This document shows, piece by piece, positions 17,489 to 27,269 of a stretch of 64,000 bases of DNA; the stretch's first letter is position 1; the number at the start of each line of letters is the position of its first letter. The notes under the pieces were generated by a model, which saw only the letters and a program-made list of their open reading frames with translations, was not told the DNA's origin and made no database searches. The stretch comes from Dehalococcoidia bacterium (GTDB lineage: Bacteria; Chloroflexota; Dehalococcoidia; UBA2979): NCBI GenBank assembly GCA_041390685.1, contig JAWKPL010000001.1:2081581-2145580 (forward strand), written 5' to 3'. A program made the position numbers and the translations under genes.

Positions 17489-19306
17489 GTGCCCGACTCC
17501 CGTATCCGCAACTTCTCCATCATCGCCCACATCGACCACGGGAAGTCGACCCTCGCCGATCGCATGCTCGAGTCGACGGGCGCCGTCGACGCGCGCGACA
17601 TGCAGGAGCAGCTGCTCGACTCCATGGACCTCGAGCGTGAGAAAGGCATCACCATCAAGGCGCAGGCGGTGCGCATGCCCTACACCGCCAGCGACGGCCA
17701 GCGGTACGAGCTGAACCTCATCGACACCCCCGGTCACGTCGACTTCGGTTACGAGGTCTCCCGCGCCCTGGCCGCCTGCGAGGGCGCCGTCCTCGTCGTG
17801 GACGCCACCAAGGGCATCCAGGCGCAGACCCTGGCGAACGTCTACCAGGCGCTGGACCTCGACCTCACGCTCGTCCCCGTCGTCAACAAGGTCGACCTCC
17901 CCGCCGCCGAGCCGGAACGCGTCGCACAGGAGGTCATCGACGTCATCGGCTTCACGCCGGACGACGTGATCTTCGCCTCCGCTAAGAGCGGCCTGGGCAT
18001 CCAGGACATCCTCGAGGCCGTCGTCGAGCGCATCCCGCCGCCGCAGGGCGACCCGGACGCGCCGCTGCGCGCCCTGGTCTTTGACTCAAAGTACGACGCC
18101 TACAAAGGCGTGATCGTCTACGTCCGCGTCATCGACGGCACCATCGAGGCCGGCCGCCCGCTCCGCCTCATGCAGCAGAACACGCGCTTCGAGCCGATCG
18201 AGGTGGGCTGTTTCCGCCCCGCCATGGAAATCGTCGCATCGCTCGGTCCCGGTCAGGTCGGCTACGTCGCCACCGGCCTCAAGAGCGTCCACGACAGCCG
18301 CGTCGGCGACACCGTGACATACGAGCGCCACGGCGCCGAGGAGCCGCTGCCCGGCTACCGCCCCGCGAAGGCGATGGTGTTTGCCGGCATCTATCCCACC
18401 GACCCCAACCAGTACCCCGACCTGCGTGACGCCCTCGAGCGCCTGAGCCTGAACGACGCCTCGCTGCAGTGGCAGCCCGAGTCCTCGGCCGCGCTCGGCT
18501 TCGGCTTCCGCTGCGGCTTCCTGGGCCTCCTGCACATGGAGATCATCCAGGAACGCCTCGAGCGCGAGTTCAATCTCGACCTCGTGGCAACCGCCCCCTC
18601 TGTCGAGTACGAGATCACGCGCACCGACGGCCGTGAGATCGTCATCGACAGTCCGGCCGACCTGCCCGTCCCGAACGAGATCGCGGAGATCCGCGAGCCG
18701 TGGATGCGCATCACCGTCGCTACCCCCTCGCGCTACCTCGGGCAGGTCATGCAGCTCGTACAGGACCGTCGAGGGCGCTTCGAGAAGCTCGAGTACCTCG
18801 ACCGCGGCGGCGAGGAAGGCGACCAGCGCGTGCTCGCCGAGTATCTCGCGCCGCTCTCTGAGATCCTCGTCGACTTCTACGACCAGCTGAAGTCACGCAC
18901 CCAGGGCTACGCCTCCCTGGACTACCAGTTCCACGGCTACGTGCCGGCGCGCGTCGTGCGGCTCGATGTGCTCGTGAACGGCGACGCCGTGGACGCCCTC
19001 TCCACGATCGTCCCCGCCGAGAACGCCGCCGCGCAGGGCCGCAAGCTCATCTCCGCGCTCAAGGAGCTGATCCCGCGCCAGCTCTTCGACGTCGCTATTC
19101 AGGCCGCCGTCGGCGGACGCATCGTGGCCCGCGAAACCGTCCGCGCCATGCGCAAGAACGTCCTCGCGAAGTGCTACGGCGGCGACGTCACCCGCAAGCG
19201 CAAGCTGCTCGAGGCTCAGAAGGCCGGCAAGAAGCGCATGAAGATGCTCGGCTCTGTCGAGGTGCCCCAGGAGGCCTTCATGGCCGTGCTTAAGCTGCGG
19301 GAGTAG
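17489..19306 (+). CDS. lepA: Elongation factor 4
   Basis: 605 aa. [28 protein letters not shown] and the LepA-specific C-terminal domain. Confidence 0.97.
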   Translation: MPDSRIRNFSIIAHIDHGKSTLADRMLESTGAVDARDMQEQLLDSMDLEREKGITIKAQAVRMPYTASDGQRYELNLIDTPGHVDFGYEVSRALAACEGAVLVVDATKGIQAQTLANVYQALDLDLTLVPVVNKVDLPAAEPERVAQEVIDVIGFTPDDVIFASAKSGLGIQDILEAVVERIPPPQGDPDAPLRALVFDSKYDAYKGVIVYVRVIDGTIEAGRPLRLMQQNTRFEPIEVGCFRPAMEIVASLGPGQVGYVATGLKSVHDSRVGDTVTYERHGAEEPLPGYRPAKAMVFAGIYPTDPNQYPDLRDALERLSLNDASLQWQPESSAALGFGFRCGFLGLLHMEIIQERLEREFNLDLVATAPSVEYEITRTDGREIVIDSPADLPVPNEIAEIREPWMRITVATPSRYLGQVMQLVQDRRGRFEKLEYLDRGGEEGDQRVLAEYLAPLSEILVDFYDQLKSRTQGYASLDYQFHGYVPARVVRLDVLVNGDAVDALSTIVPAENAAAQGRKLISALKELIPRQLFDVAIQAAVGGRIVARETVRAMRKNVLAKCYGGDVTRKRKLLEAQKAGKKRMKMLGSVEVPQEAFMAVLKLRE

Positions 19307-19853
19307 GCTCCGGCTGCTCCGGCTCCCCCGGGATCGGCGCGCGGCCGCACGCCTCTTGGCTCAGCAGCACGTCCACGAGGTCATCCGACAGCGAGACGGC
19401 GCTGGCCTGCACCTCCTGCGCCGCGCCGCGCGTCTCGAACTGCGCCTCCGCGTTTGCGACGGCAATCTGCTGCGCCGTCGTCGCCTTCTCGATCGCCGCG
19501 ACCTGCGTCTCCACAGCCTTCGCGGTGTCCTTCGCCTGCTGCACCAGCGCCTTGTGGTACTCCTCCGCGCCCTCCGGCGGGTTCAGGCCCTCGAGGTCAT
19601 CCGCCAGCTGTCGCGCCGCTGCCGCTTCGATGTCCCCGAGCCGCGCGGCCCGCTCTTTGCGCTCCCCGAGTTCGAGGGCCGTCGGGTCGAGGTCGTCGCG
19701 TGACTCGATGATGGCCGTCAGAAACGTCTGCTGGGCGGTGCACATACCCGTCGCCCATGCCGCCGGATCGCCCGGCTCATCCTCGCCACCGCACGCCACG
19801 ATCGCCATCGCGACGATCGAGGCAATCAGCACACTGCGCAGCCGCCACTGCAT
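19290..19853 (-). CDS. Hypothetical helical lipoprotein
   Basis: Trimmed to ATG at 19853 ([21 protein letters not shown], signal peptide plus lipobox). The upstream part of the track ORF is Arg/Gly-rich and overlaps the fabV promoter side. The 3' end overlaps the lepA stop by 17 nt. Confidence 0.6.
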   Translation of the reverse strand: MQWRLRSVLIASIVAMAIVACGGEDEPGDPAAWATGMCTAQQTFLTAIIESRDDLDPTALELGERKERAARLGDIEAAAARQLADDLEGLNPPEGAEEYHKALVQQAKDTAKAVETQVAAIEKATTAQQIAVANAEAQFETRGAAQEVQASAVSLSDDLVDVLLSQEACGRAPIPGEPEQPEPTPAA

Positions 19854-19982
19854 GGCTATCCCCCTGCCCTGCCGTGTTCGCGCCGTGATTGTGCCACCTC
19901 GCGCGGATCGACGGTATCCCCGCCGCCATCGACCCACCTCCGGGCTTGCTGCTACCGTACGTCCGGAATTGGAGGCGCGCGC

Positions 19983-21176
19983 TTGTCTGAGCAGGTTGTT
20001 TCCCCGCGCATCCGGGGCTTCATCGCGACCAACGCCCATCCCGACGGCTGTGCCGAGAACGTCCGCCGTCAGGCTGAGGTCGCCCGCACCCTCGAGGGCA
20101 CCACCAACCGTTACCACAACGTGCTGGTGATCGGCTCCAGCACTGGCTACGGCCTCGCGAGCCTGCTGTCCGCCAGCGTCGGCCTGGGCGCGAACGTCCT
20201 CGGTGTCTGCTTCGAGCGCGAGTCGACCGAGGACCGTACCGGCTCCGCCGGCTGGTACAACCTCGCCGAAGCGCATCGTCTGGCCCGCGAGGAGGGTCGG
20301 TTACTGCGCACCATCAACGGCGACGCCTTCTCGCACGCGGTGAAAGGGCAGGCGATCGCCGCCCTGCAGGCCGAGTTCGGGCCCCTGGACCTCATCGTCT
20401 ACTCCCTGGCGGCGCCGCGGCGCCAGGACGCGGACAGCGACACGGTGTGGAGCAGCGTCCTCAAGCCCATCGGCGCCCCGTACGCCGGTAAGACCATCGA
20501 CCTCCGCAACGACGCCGTGGTCGAGACCACCATCGACGCCGCCACCGACGAGGAGATCGAGGCCACCGTGAAGGTCATGGGGGGCGAGGACTGGGCGGCC
20601 TGGGTCCGCGCCCTCGCCGACGCCGGCCTGCTCGCCGCCGGCTGCCGCACCGTCGCCTACTCCTACATCGGTCCCGAGGTCACCTACCCCATCTACCGCT
20701 CCGGCACGATCGGGACCGCTAAGGAGCATCTCGAGGCGACCGCCGCCTCACTCGACACGTTGCTCAGCGCGCGCTGCGGCGGCGCCGCCTGGGTCAGCAT
20801 CAACAAGGCCGTCGTCACCCAGGCCTCGGCAGCCATCCCCGCGGTCGCGCTCTACATGAGCATCGCGTTCAAGCTGATGAAGCAGCGCGGCACCCACGAG
20901 GGGACGATCGAGCAGATCGTCCGCCTCTTCCGGGACCGCCTGAACCTCGAGGCGCCGCCAGTCGACGAGAAAGGTCGCATCCGCCTCGATGACTGGGAGA
21001 TGCAGCCCGACCTCCAGGCCGAGATTGCCGGCATATGGGAGGCGATTACCACGGACACCCTGACCGAGGTCAGCGATTACGCCGGCTACAAGCGTGATTT
21101 CGAGCAACTTTTCGGCTTCTCCGTCCCCGTCGTTGATTACGCCGCGCCGACTGAGGTGCACCGCGCTCTCGAGTAG
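19983..21176 (+). CDS. fabV: Trans-2-enoyl-CoA/ACP reductase (FabV/TER family)
   Basis: RGFIATNAHPDGC, VLVIGSSTGYGLAS and YSYIGPEVT...Y give full-length FabV resemblance. The start is TTG, preceded by GGAGG. Confidence 0.9.
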   Translation: MSEQVVSPRIRGFIATNAHPDGCAENVRRQAEVARTLEGTTNRYHNVLVIGSSTGYGLASLLSASVGLGANVLGVCFERESTEDRTGSAGWYNLAEAHRLAREEGRLLRTINGDAFSHAVKGQAIAALQAEFGPLDLIVYSLAAPRRQDADSDTVWSSVLKPIGAPYAGKTIDLRNDAVVETTIDAATDEEIEATVKVMGGEDWAAWVRALADAGLLAAGCRTVAYSYIGPEVTYPIYRSGTIGTAKEHLEATAASLDTLLSARCGGAAWVSINKAVVTQASAAIPAVALYMSIAFKLMKQRGTHEGTIEQIVRLFRDRLNLEAPPVDEKGRIRLDDWEMQPDLQAEIAGIWEAITTDTLTEVSDYAGYKRDFEQLFGFSVPVVDYAAPTEVHRALE

Positions 21177-21238
21177 CTGCGGCCCCGCGCCTGGCCTCCG
21201 CCGCGTCGAACGCGCGAGCGCCACGAAAGGAGCACGAA

Positions 21239-22315
21239 GTGACGAGCGACCCGGAACAGCAGGCGGCCGACCTCGTCGAGCGTCTGTTTGAAGACCTCCT
21301 CGGAACCATCACCACGTTCAGCGTCTTCCTCGGTGACCGCCTCGGCCTCTACCGCGCCCTCTCGGAGGGCGGCCCCGCGACACCGGCCGACCTCGCGGCC
21401 CGTGCCGGCATCCACGAGCGGTACGCACGCGAGTGGCTTGAGCAGCAGGCCGTGGACGGCATCCTCGAGGCATCCGAGGACGGCGACGCCGCTCGCCGCA
21501 CGTACGCCCTCCCGCCCGGTCACGCTGAGGTCCTCACGAGCGTTGAGAGTCTGTCCTACTTCGCCCCCTTCGCCCGCCTGATTGCCGCGGCGGGCATCCA
21601 GGCGCCGCGCTTGCTTGAGGCGTACCGCACGGGCGGCGGCGTCTCGTGGGACGCCTTCGGGCCCGACATGCGCGAAGCCCAGGGCGATGCGAACCGCCCC
21701 ATGTTCTTCCAGCAACTCGCGCACGACTACCTGGCGCAGGTGCCCGACCTCTACGAACGCCTGCGCTCCGATCAGGCGCGCATCGCGGACATCGGCTGCG
21801 GCATGGGATGGTCCTCCATCGCCTTCGCGCGGGCGTTCCCGCACGTGGCTGTCGACGGCTTCGACCTCGACGCACCCTCCATCGAGGCCGCTCGCCGCAA
21901 CGCCGCCGACGCCGGCGTCGACGACCGTGTCCGCTTCCACGAGGAGGATGCCGCCGAGGCTGGTGGTTCCTACGACCTGGTCGTCGCGTTCGAGTGCATC
22001 CACGACATGCCCAGACCCGTCGAGGTCCTCGCGACGATGCGGAGGCTCGCGGGGGACCGTGGCACGGTCATCGTCATGGACGAGCGCGTCGCCGAGGAGT
22101 TCAGCGCACCCGCCGATGCCATCGAACGACTCATGTACGGCTACAGCATCCTCATCTGTCTGCCCGACTCCATGTCGCACTCACCGAGCGCCGCCACGGG
22201 CACGGTCATGCGCCCCGCGACACTGCGCGGGTACGCCGTCGCCGCCGGCTTCACGGACATCGAGACCCTCCCCATCGAGAACGACTTCTTCCGCTTCTAT
22301 CGCCTGCACCGCTGA
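21239..22315 (+). CDS. Class I SAM-dependent methyltransferase with an N-terminal winged-helix-like domain
   Basis: Motif I IADIGCGMGWSSIAFA, then VDGFDLD and YDLVVAFECIHD. The substrate is unknown. Confidence 0.8.
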   Translation: MTSDPEQQAADLVERLFEDLLGTITTFSVFLGDRLGLYRALSEGGPATPADLAARAGIHERYAREWLEQQAVDGILEASEDGDAARRTYALPPGHAEVLTSVESLSYFAPFARLIAAAGIQAPRLLEAYRTGGGVSWDAFGPDMREAQGDANRPMFFQQLAHDYLAQVPDLYERLRSDQARIADIGCGMGWSSIAFARAFPHVAVDGFDLDAPSIEAARRNAADAGVDDRVRFHEEDAAEAGGSYDLVVAFECIHDMPRPVEVLATMRRLAGDRGTVIVMDERVAEEFSAPADAIERLMYGYSILICLPDSMSHSPSAATGTVMRPATLRGYAVAAGFTDIETLPIENDFFRFYRLHR

Positions 22316-22342
22316 GCATCGCGCGGTCCGACGCGCGGGTGG

Positions 22343-23680
22343 CTACTCCCCGCTGAGGGTCACCACGCCGTCCGTCTCCAGCAGCAGTCGCCGCATCGAT
22401 CCCAGCACGTCTGTCTCCGCGCCCGCGAACGCGGCCATCGCCGCCCGAAAGAGCTCTGGCGCAGTCAGCAGCGCGTAGCGCGACGCCTCGGAGGCCACGC
22501 GCAGCGCGTCGAGGTACGGGACTGTGCGGTACTGCGGCGCCGTCGTCCGCTCACCGTTGACCAGCACCAGCCCGCGCTCCACCCGGCCCTCCGCCAGCGC
22601 GGCGTCGAGGCGGCCCCGCAGCCGGTAATGCGGCGCCATCCCGACGGTCCCCGACGCCCCCTCCACCTCGAGCAACAGGTCACCCTCGTCGCACCGCAGC
22701 ACCACGTCGTCGCCGGGCCACACGCGGAATCCCAGCAGCTCGAAGCACCGGATCGCCGCCGGCAGCAGCGCGTGCCGGCCTTCGCGCCACAGGACCTCGC
22801 GTACCCGACCGAGTTCGGCCGCCTCGCGCTCGGTCGCCTGCGCCTGCTCCTCCGCCAGTTGCGCGCGCTCCCGCGCGACCTCCGCCTTCAGCGCCAGCTC
22901 CGTAAGGCCGGGGACGGACTCCTGCTCCAGCCAGGGGGGAGCCCCCTCGCTCGCATCGGCGCGGCCCAGCTGGTCGCGCACCGCTTGCTCGATCGCGCCC
23001 CCGAGGACGTACGCCTGGTCCCCGCTGCGCCGCCGGGGCGTCGGCAGGAACACCACCGTGCCGCCGAGGACCGCGAACTCTGCGGCAGCCGGGTTGCCGC
23101 CTCCCGAGCGGGCGAATACGCGCCCGGCACCCGCGAACCCGGGCGCTGTCTCGTCGAACACCGCGCGGTACAGCAGGTCACCGCCCGCTGCATCGAGGAA
23201 CCGCGCGAACGCGTGTCCATGGTCGGTCGTCGCCACGACCGCGCCCTCGCCCCACTGGATCGCGGGTGGCCCCCAGGCAAGCCCGGCGGGAGCCGGGAGC
23301 AGCCAGTACCGGTCCGCCCCCGTGAACCCGATCACGTCCGGTAGCGTCGCCTGTGGGTACAGGAACACGACCACCACCCCGCCCCGCTCGAGGCACCGCG
23401 TCACCTCGGCACGCCGGCGACGCAGCACCTCCGCCAGGCTCATCGAGGTCGGCGTCGTCGCCCCGTTCACCACCGGCTCGTCGCCGTAGGTCCGGAACTC
23501 CGCGGTCCCGTCCACCGCGTCGCCGATCGTCTCGAGGATGCCGCCCGGGTCCAGCACCACCGCCTCGTAGTCCGACATCGCGGGCGCGTTGAAGATCGTG
23601 TGGTTGTCGATCGTCGGATGCGCGAGAGGACGCCCGACCGAGAGGATGCGCATCGAGGCTGCTCCGTCCTGCCGCGTCAT
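22343..23680 (-). CDS. Orphan hypothetical protein (445 aa) with three modules
   Basis: An N-terminal alpha/beta-looking region (MRILSVGRP...YEAVVLDPGG...ERGGVVVVFLYP) is followed by a Glu/Ala/Arg-rich predicted coiled coil (LALKAEVARERAQLAEEQAQATEREAAELGRVREVL) and a C-terminal module (FELLGFRV...DVVLRCDEGDLLLEVEG). I recognise no family. An alternative start is Met10 (23653). Confidence 0.65.
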   Translation of the reverse strand: MTRQDGAASMRILSVGRPLAHPTIDNHTIFNAPAMSDYEAVVLDPGGILETIGDAVDGTAEFRTYGDEPVVNGATTPTSMSLAEVLRRRRAEVTRCLERGGVVVVFLYPQATLPDVIGFTGADRYWLLPAPAGLAWGPPAIQWGEGAVVATTDHGHAFARFLDAAGGDLLYRAVFDETAPGFAGAGRVFARSGGGNPAAAEFAVLGGTVVFLPTPRRRSGDQAYVLGGAIEQAVRDQLGRADASEGAPPWLEQESVPGLTELALKAEVARERAQLAEEQAQATEREAAELGRVREVLWREGRHALLPAAIRCFELLGFRVWPGDDVVLRCDEGDLLLEVEGASGTVGMAPHYRLRGRLDAALAEGRVERGLVLVNGERTTAPQYRTVPYLDALRVASEASRYALLTAPELFRAAMAAFAGAETDVLGSMRRLLLETDGVVTLSGE

Positions 23681-23763
23681 CTCCGCGCGACTCGAATGCG
23701 CATGCTACATCGAGGCTCGCCTTCGCTCCCGCTGGCCCGAGCGTCCGCCTTCTCGCCCCCGCT

Positions 23764-23793
23764 TTGACGCTCGCTTCGGCTCGCGCGTACGAT
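23764..23793 (+). promoter_or_regulatory. Sigma-70-like promoter of the SRP RNA gene
   Basis: TTGACG (23764-23769), an 18-nt spacer, then TACGAT (23788-23793). The predicted start, about 7 nt downstream, coincides with the 5' end of the terminal helix of the SRP RNA. Confidence 0.55.
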
Positions 23794-23799
23794 CGAGGC

Positions 23800-24064
23800 G
23801 GTCGTGCTAGGTGGGGAGCTAGCGGTGCCCTGTACCCGCAATCCGCTCTAGCGGGGCTGAAGGCCCGTCTGAGGATCGGCACCTGGGGACTGCCACCGTT
23901 AAGCGGTGTTGAGAGCCTGGTCCTGCGCGGCGATGCCCGGCCAACCCCGTCAGGTCCGGAAGGAAGCAGCGGTACGTCGGTCGCATCGGGTGCCGCAGGG
24001 TCGCCGGGTTTGAGCTGGCTGACGGAGGCAAGCCCGTGGATCGTTTCGACGGCGGGGCACGACC
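23800..24064 (+). ncRNA. ffs: Signal recognition particle RNA, large (Alu-domain-containing, Bacillus-type)
   Basis: It contains the invariant domain IV sequence GTCAGGTCCGGAAGGAAGCAGC and Alu-domain-like GGTGCCCTGTACCCGCAATCC...GCTGAAGGCCC. The 5' GTCGTGC pairs with the 3' GCACGAC. Length is about 265 nt. Confidence 0.85.
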
Positions 24065-24115
24065 ACATTCCGCATCTCTCTGTGCCTATCGAGCCCGTGC
24101 CCGTCGGGTCCACTC

Positions 24116-25009
24116 GTGACGAGGCGCGCCGGCCGCTCGCAGCGGCCTGCCTTCGTGTCTCCCCCGGAGGCGCTGCGCCGGCTCGGTGTCACGCCGCGCA
24201 AGGCGCTCGGTCAGCATTTCCTCCTCGACCAGTTCATCCTCGGCGACATCGCTGACGCCTGCCTGCTGACCGCGGACGACACCGTCCTCGAGATCGGCGC
24301 CGGCCCCGGCGGCCTCACCGAGGAGCTCGCGCCCCGCGCTGGGCTTGTCGTCGCCGTCGAGCTCGACGAGGAGCTGGCCGCCCTCTCCCGGCGCCGCCTC
24401 GCCGGCCACCCGAATGTCTGCATCGTCGCCGCCGACGTCCTCGACTACACCCCGGCCGAGCTGCTCGCCGAGTGCGAGGCCGCGCCCCCCTATGTCGCCA
24501 CGGGCAACCTTCCCTACTACATCACCCAGCCCGTTGTGCGGCGCCTCCTCGAGGCCGACCCCCCGCCGGAACGCATCGTCGTGCTCGTCCAGCGGGAGGT
24601 GGCCCGCCGCATGGTCGGCGGCCCCGGCCACGAGTCGCTGCTCTCGATGTCCATCAAGTGCTACGGCACGCCGCAGCCCCTGTTCGATGTCCCGCCGTCG
24701 GCATTCTGGCCGCCTCCGAAGGTGCAGTCGGCCGCCGTCCGCATCGAGCGCCTGCCCGCGCCGGCCCTCCCTCGCGAGCGCCTCCCGAAATTCTTCAACC
24801 TCCTCCGGGCCGGCTTCTCGGAGCCCCGCAAGCAGCTCCACAACGCGATCCGCAACTCCTTCGGCATGCCGGACGCCGCCGCCCGCGAGCTGCTGGATGC
24901 GGCGGGGATCGACGTGATGGCGCGCGCCCAGCACCTCGAACTCACCGACTGGCAACGCCTCTTCGACGTCGTCGAGGTCCGCCACCCCCGTGCGCTGAAC
25001 CTGGACTAG
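24116..25009 (+). CDS. rsmA: 16S rRNA (adenine1518/1519-N6)-dimethyltransferase
   Basis: PRKALGQHFLLD and VLEIGAGPGGLTEEL. An alternative GTG start lies at 24153. Confidence 0.92.
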   Translation: MTRRAGRSQRPAFVSPPEALRRLGVTPRKALGQHFLLDQFILGDIADACLLTADDTVLEIGAGPGGLTEELAPRAGLVVAVELDEELAALSRRRLAGHPNVCIVAADVLDYTPAELLAECEAAPPYVATGNLPYYITQPVVRRLLEADPPPERIVVLVQREVARRMVGGPGHESLLSMSIKCYGTPQPLFDVPPSAFWPPPKVQSAAVRIERLPAPALPRERLPKFFNLLRAGFSEPRKQLHNAIRNSFGMPDAAARELLDAAGIDVMARAQHLELTDWQRLFDVVEVRHPRALNLD

Positions 25010-25017
25010 GCGTCGCC

Positions 25018-25914
25018 GTGCCCGCCCTGCGTCTGCTCGCCCCTGCGAAGATCAACCTCGCCCTGGAGGTCACCGGGCGCCGTGCCGATGGGTACCACGA
25101 CATCGACACCGTCATGACCACCATCGATCTCGCCGACGCCGTCCGCCTCTCACCCGCGCCGGCCCTCGAGGTGATCCTTAGTGGCCCGGAGGCGGCCGGC
25201 ATTGACCCGGACGATGACCTCGCGGGCCGCGCCGCGCGCGCGCTCGCTGACGCGGCCGGACGCGAGCCGGCGGTCCGCATCGAAGTCACGAAGCGCATCC
25301 CGTCGCCGGCGGGCCTGGGCGGAGGTTCCTCCGACGCTGCTGCCGTCCTCCGAGGCCTGAACGCCCTCTGGGGCCTCGACTGGCCGCTCGAACGGCTCGC
25401 CGAGGTCGCCGCGACCGTCGGCTCGGATGCCCCGTTCTTCCTCCACTGCGGCGCGGCTCGCTGCACCGGCCGCGGCGAGGTCGTGCAGCCGCTGCGCGAC
25501 CTGAAGCCGCTGCGCCTGCTCGTGCTCGTCCCTCCCGTCGGCGCTCTGCAGAACAAGACTGCCCGCCGGTACGGCGCACTGACCCCTCACGACTTCACTG
25601 ACGGCCACCGCTCGTGGCGTCTCTCCCAGCGGCTCGCTCGAGGCGCACCGCCCCCGACGAACGACCTCGTGAACGTGTTCGAGTCCGTCGTCGAGCGCAC
25701 CGACGCCGAGCTCGTCGCGCACTACGCCTCGTATCGCGCCGCCGGAGCCCCGCAGCTCCACCTCTGCGGCGCCGGTCCCGCCGTGTACGTCTTCGTACGC
25801 GAGGGCGCGCGCGTCGCCGATCTCCGGCGCGGCTTCGAGGCCCTCGGCGCCGCCGTCTTCGAGGCGCGCACGCTGCCCCGCGCCGCCGCGCTCGCCGTCG
25901 TCCACGAGCCGTGA
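25018..25914 (+). CDS. ispE: 4-diphosphocytidyl-2-C-methyl-D-erythritol kinase
   Basis: Trimmed to GTG at 25018 (VPALRLLAPAKINLALEV). KRIPSPAGLGGGSSDAAAVL is the GHMP kinase motif. The upstream part of the track ORF overlaps rsmA in another frame. Confidence 0.9.
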   Translation: MPALRLLAPAKINLALEVTGRRADGYHDIDTVMTTIDLADAVRLSPAPALEVILSGPEAAGIDPDDDLAGRAARALADAAGREPAVRIEVTKRIPSPAGLGGGSSDAAAVLRGLNALWGLDWPLERLAEVAATVGSDAPFFLHCGAARCTGRGEVVQPLRDLKPLRLLVLVPPVGALQNKTARRYGALTPHDFTDGHRSWRLSQRLARGAPPPTNDLVNVFESVVERTDAELVAHYASYRAAGAPQLHLCGAGPAVYVFVREGARVADLRRGFEALGAAVFEARTLPRAAALAVVHEP

Positions 25915-26330
25915 CGGCCGACACGGCGCGCGCGCTCCTCGCCGGGTTCATCTCCGGTGCGGCTGGCGCCTTCGCGACCACGTTCCTCATCCTCGTCTTC
26001 ATCTCCAGGAACAGCGCCTGGCAGCGGCTGCCGCAGAACCGCCGCGTCCCCATGCCGCTCGTCGGCGTCGTCTTCGTGAACCTGATGATGCTGCTCTGGA
26101 CCGCGGCCGGGCTGGTGCTCGGCGCCATCTATTTGCGCGCCGAGTCAGACTGGGACGGCTCGATTGCGCTGCTCCCGAATTGGCGGTTCACCCTCGCGGT
26201 CAGCGCCGTCATCGCGCTAGCGCTGGCGACGGCCGCCATCGTCCGTGGACGCCTCGGCACGTTGGCGCCCCTCGTCGCCCTGATCGCTCACCTGGCCTTC
26301 GCGTGGATGCTGCCGAACCTGGCGCGCTAG
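25911..26330 (+). CDS. Small polytopic membrane protein (139 aa), hypothetical
   Basis: The GTG overlaps the ispE stop (GTGA). It has four hydrophobic segments. The upstream track extension is Arg-rich and overlaps ispE. Confidence 0.55.
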   Translation: MTADTARALLAGFISGAAGAFATTFLILVFISRNSAWQRLPQNRRVPMPLVGVVFVNLMMLLWTAAGLVLGAIYLRAESDWDGSIALLPNWRFTLAVSAVIALALATAAIVRGRLGTLAPLVALIAHLAFAWMLPNLAR

Positions 26331-26477
26331 TCGGGCGCGGTCCCGGTCACGCGGCTCCGAGGTACGCCGGGGGGCAGGGTGGCACGTTCCTTTCGTCGTC
26401 CCGTATGCTCAGGAGACGGCAACCGAGGGAGGCTACCGCTGGAACCTACCCTGAACGACGGACTGAGCGCGACCATC

Positions 26478-27209
26478 ATGGACATGCACGTCCATACGAT
26501 GGGTGCCTCCTCCGACTCCATGCTCAAACCCGAGGACCTTCCCGAAATCGGCCGCGCCAACGGCCTGACGGGCTTCAACATCGCCGAGCACGACCAGGTC
26601 TGGGAACGGTACCGTCGTGATGCCTACCACGAGGAGCACCGCGACATCTTCGCCAACTTCGGCATGGAGGTGTCCACCGATCACGGCCACATCCTCGCCA
26701 TCGGCCTCGAAGGCTACATCAGCGGCATCCGCCGGCTCGCCCAGCTCCGCGAGGAGATCGACAAGGTCGGGGGCTTCCTCATCGTCGCCCACCCGTTCCG
26801 CCATGTCTTCGACCCCGTGACGGCCATGCGCAAGGGCGGCCGGCCCTTCGACCTCACGCCCGAGCAGGCCGCCGAGTTGCCGGTCTTCAAGCTCGTAGAC
26901 GCGATCGAGGTGGCCAACGGCTGCAACACCCCGCGTGAGAACGAGTTCGCCTACCAGGTCGCGAGGATCCTCGGGAAGTCTGGTACCGGCGGCAGTGATG
27001 CGCACTCCAACACCGGCATCGGCTTCTTCGCCACCGGCTTCCACCGCAGCATCACCACCCAGGCGGAGTTGCTCGAGGAGCTGCACGCCGGCCGCTTCGA
27101 GGCCGTGCACCGCACCCCCGCGGGCCGCCTCGTGAAGTTCGAGGTCGGCAGCATCGATGCCGCGCAGAACGACCGTGCACCCGCGTCGGAGCCGTCCGTC
27201 ACGACCTGA
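26478..27209 (+). CDS. PHP-domain metal-dependent phosphoesterase
   Basis: MDMHVHT, NIAEHD, STDHGHILAIG, VAHPF and GGSDAH are the PHP His/Asp motifs. I chose the start at the ATG before MDMHVHT. Confidence 0.8.
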   Translation: MDMHVHTMGASSDSMLKPEDLPEIGRANGLTGFNIAEHDQVWERYRRDAYHEEHRDIFANFGMEVSTDHGHILAIGLEGYISGIRRLAQLREEIDKVGGFLIVAHPFRHVFDPVTAMRKGGRPFDLTPEQAAELPVFKLVDAIEVANGCNTPRENEFAYQVARILGKSGTGGSDAHSNTGIGFFATGFHRSITTQAELLEELHAGRFEAVHRTPAGRLVKFEVGSIDAAQNDRAPASEPSVTT

Positions 27210-27269
27210 GCCTCAGGGCGTCGACGTAGTACGCTGCTCTCGTCCTCCCCGCCTGGACCGAGGAGCCGT

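Noticed and set aside
23178-24255. ORFs 23178..24113 (-) and 23764..24255 (+) covering the spacer before rsmA.
   Set aside because: The region encodes the SRP RNA and its promoter. Both ORFs are compositionally junk, and one also overlaps the 445-aa gene in another frame.
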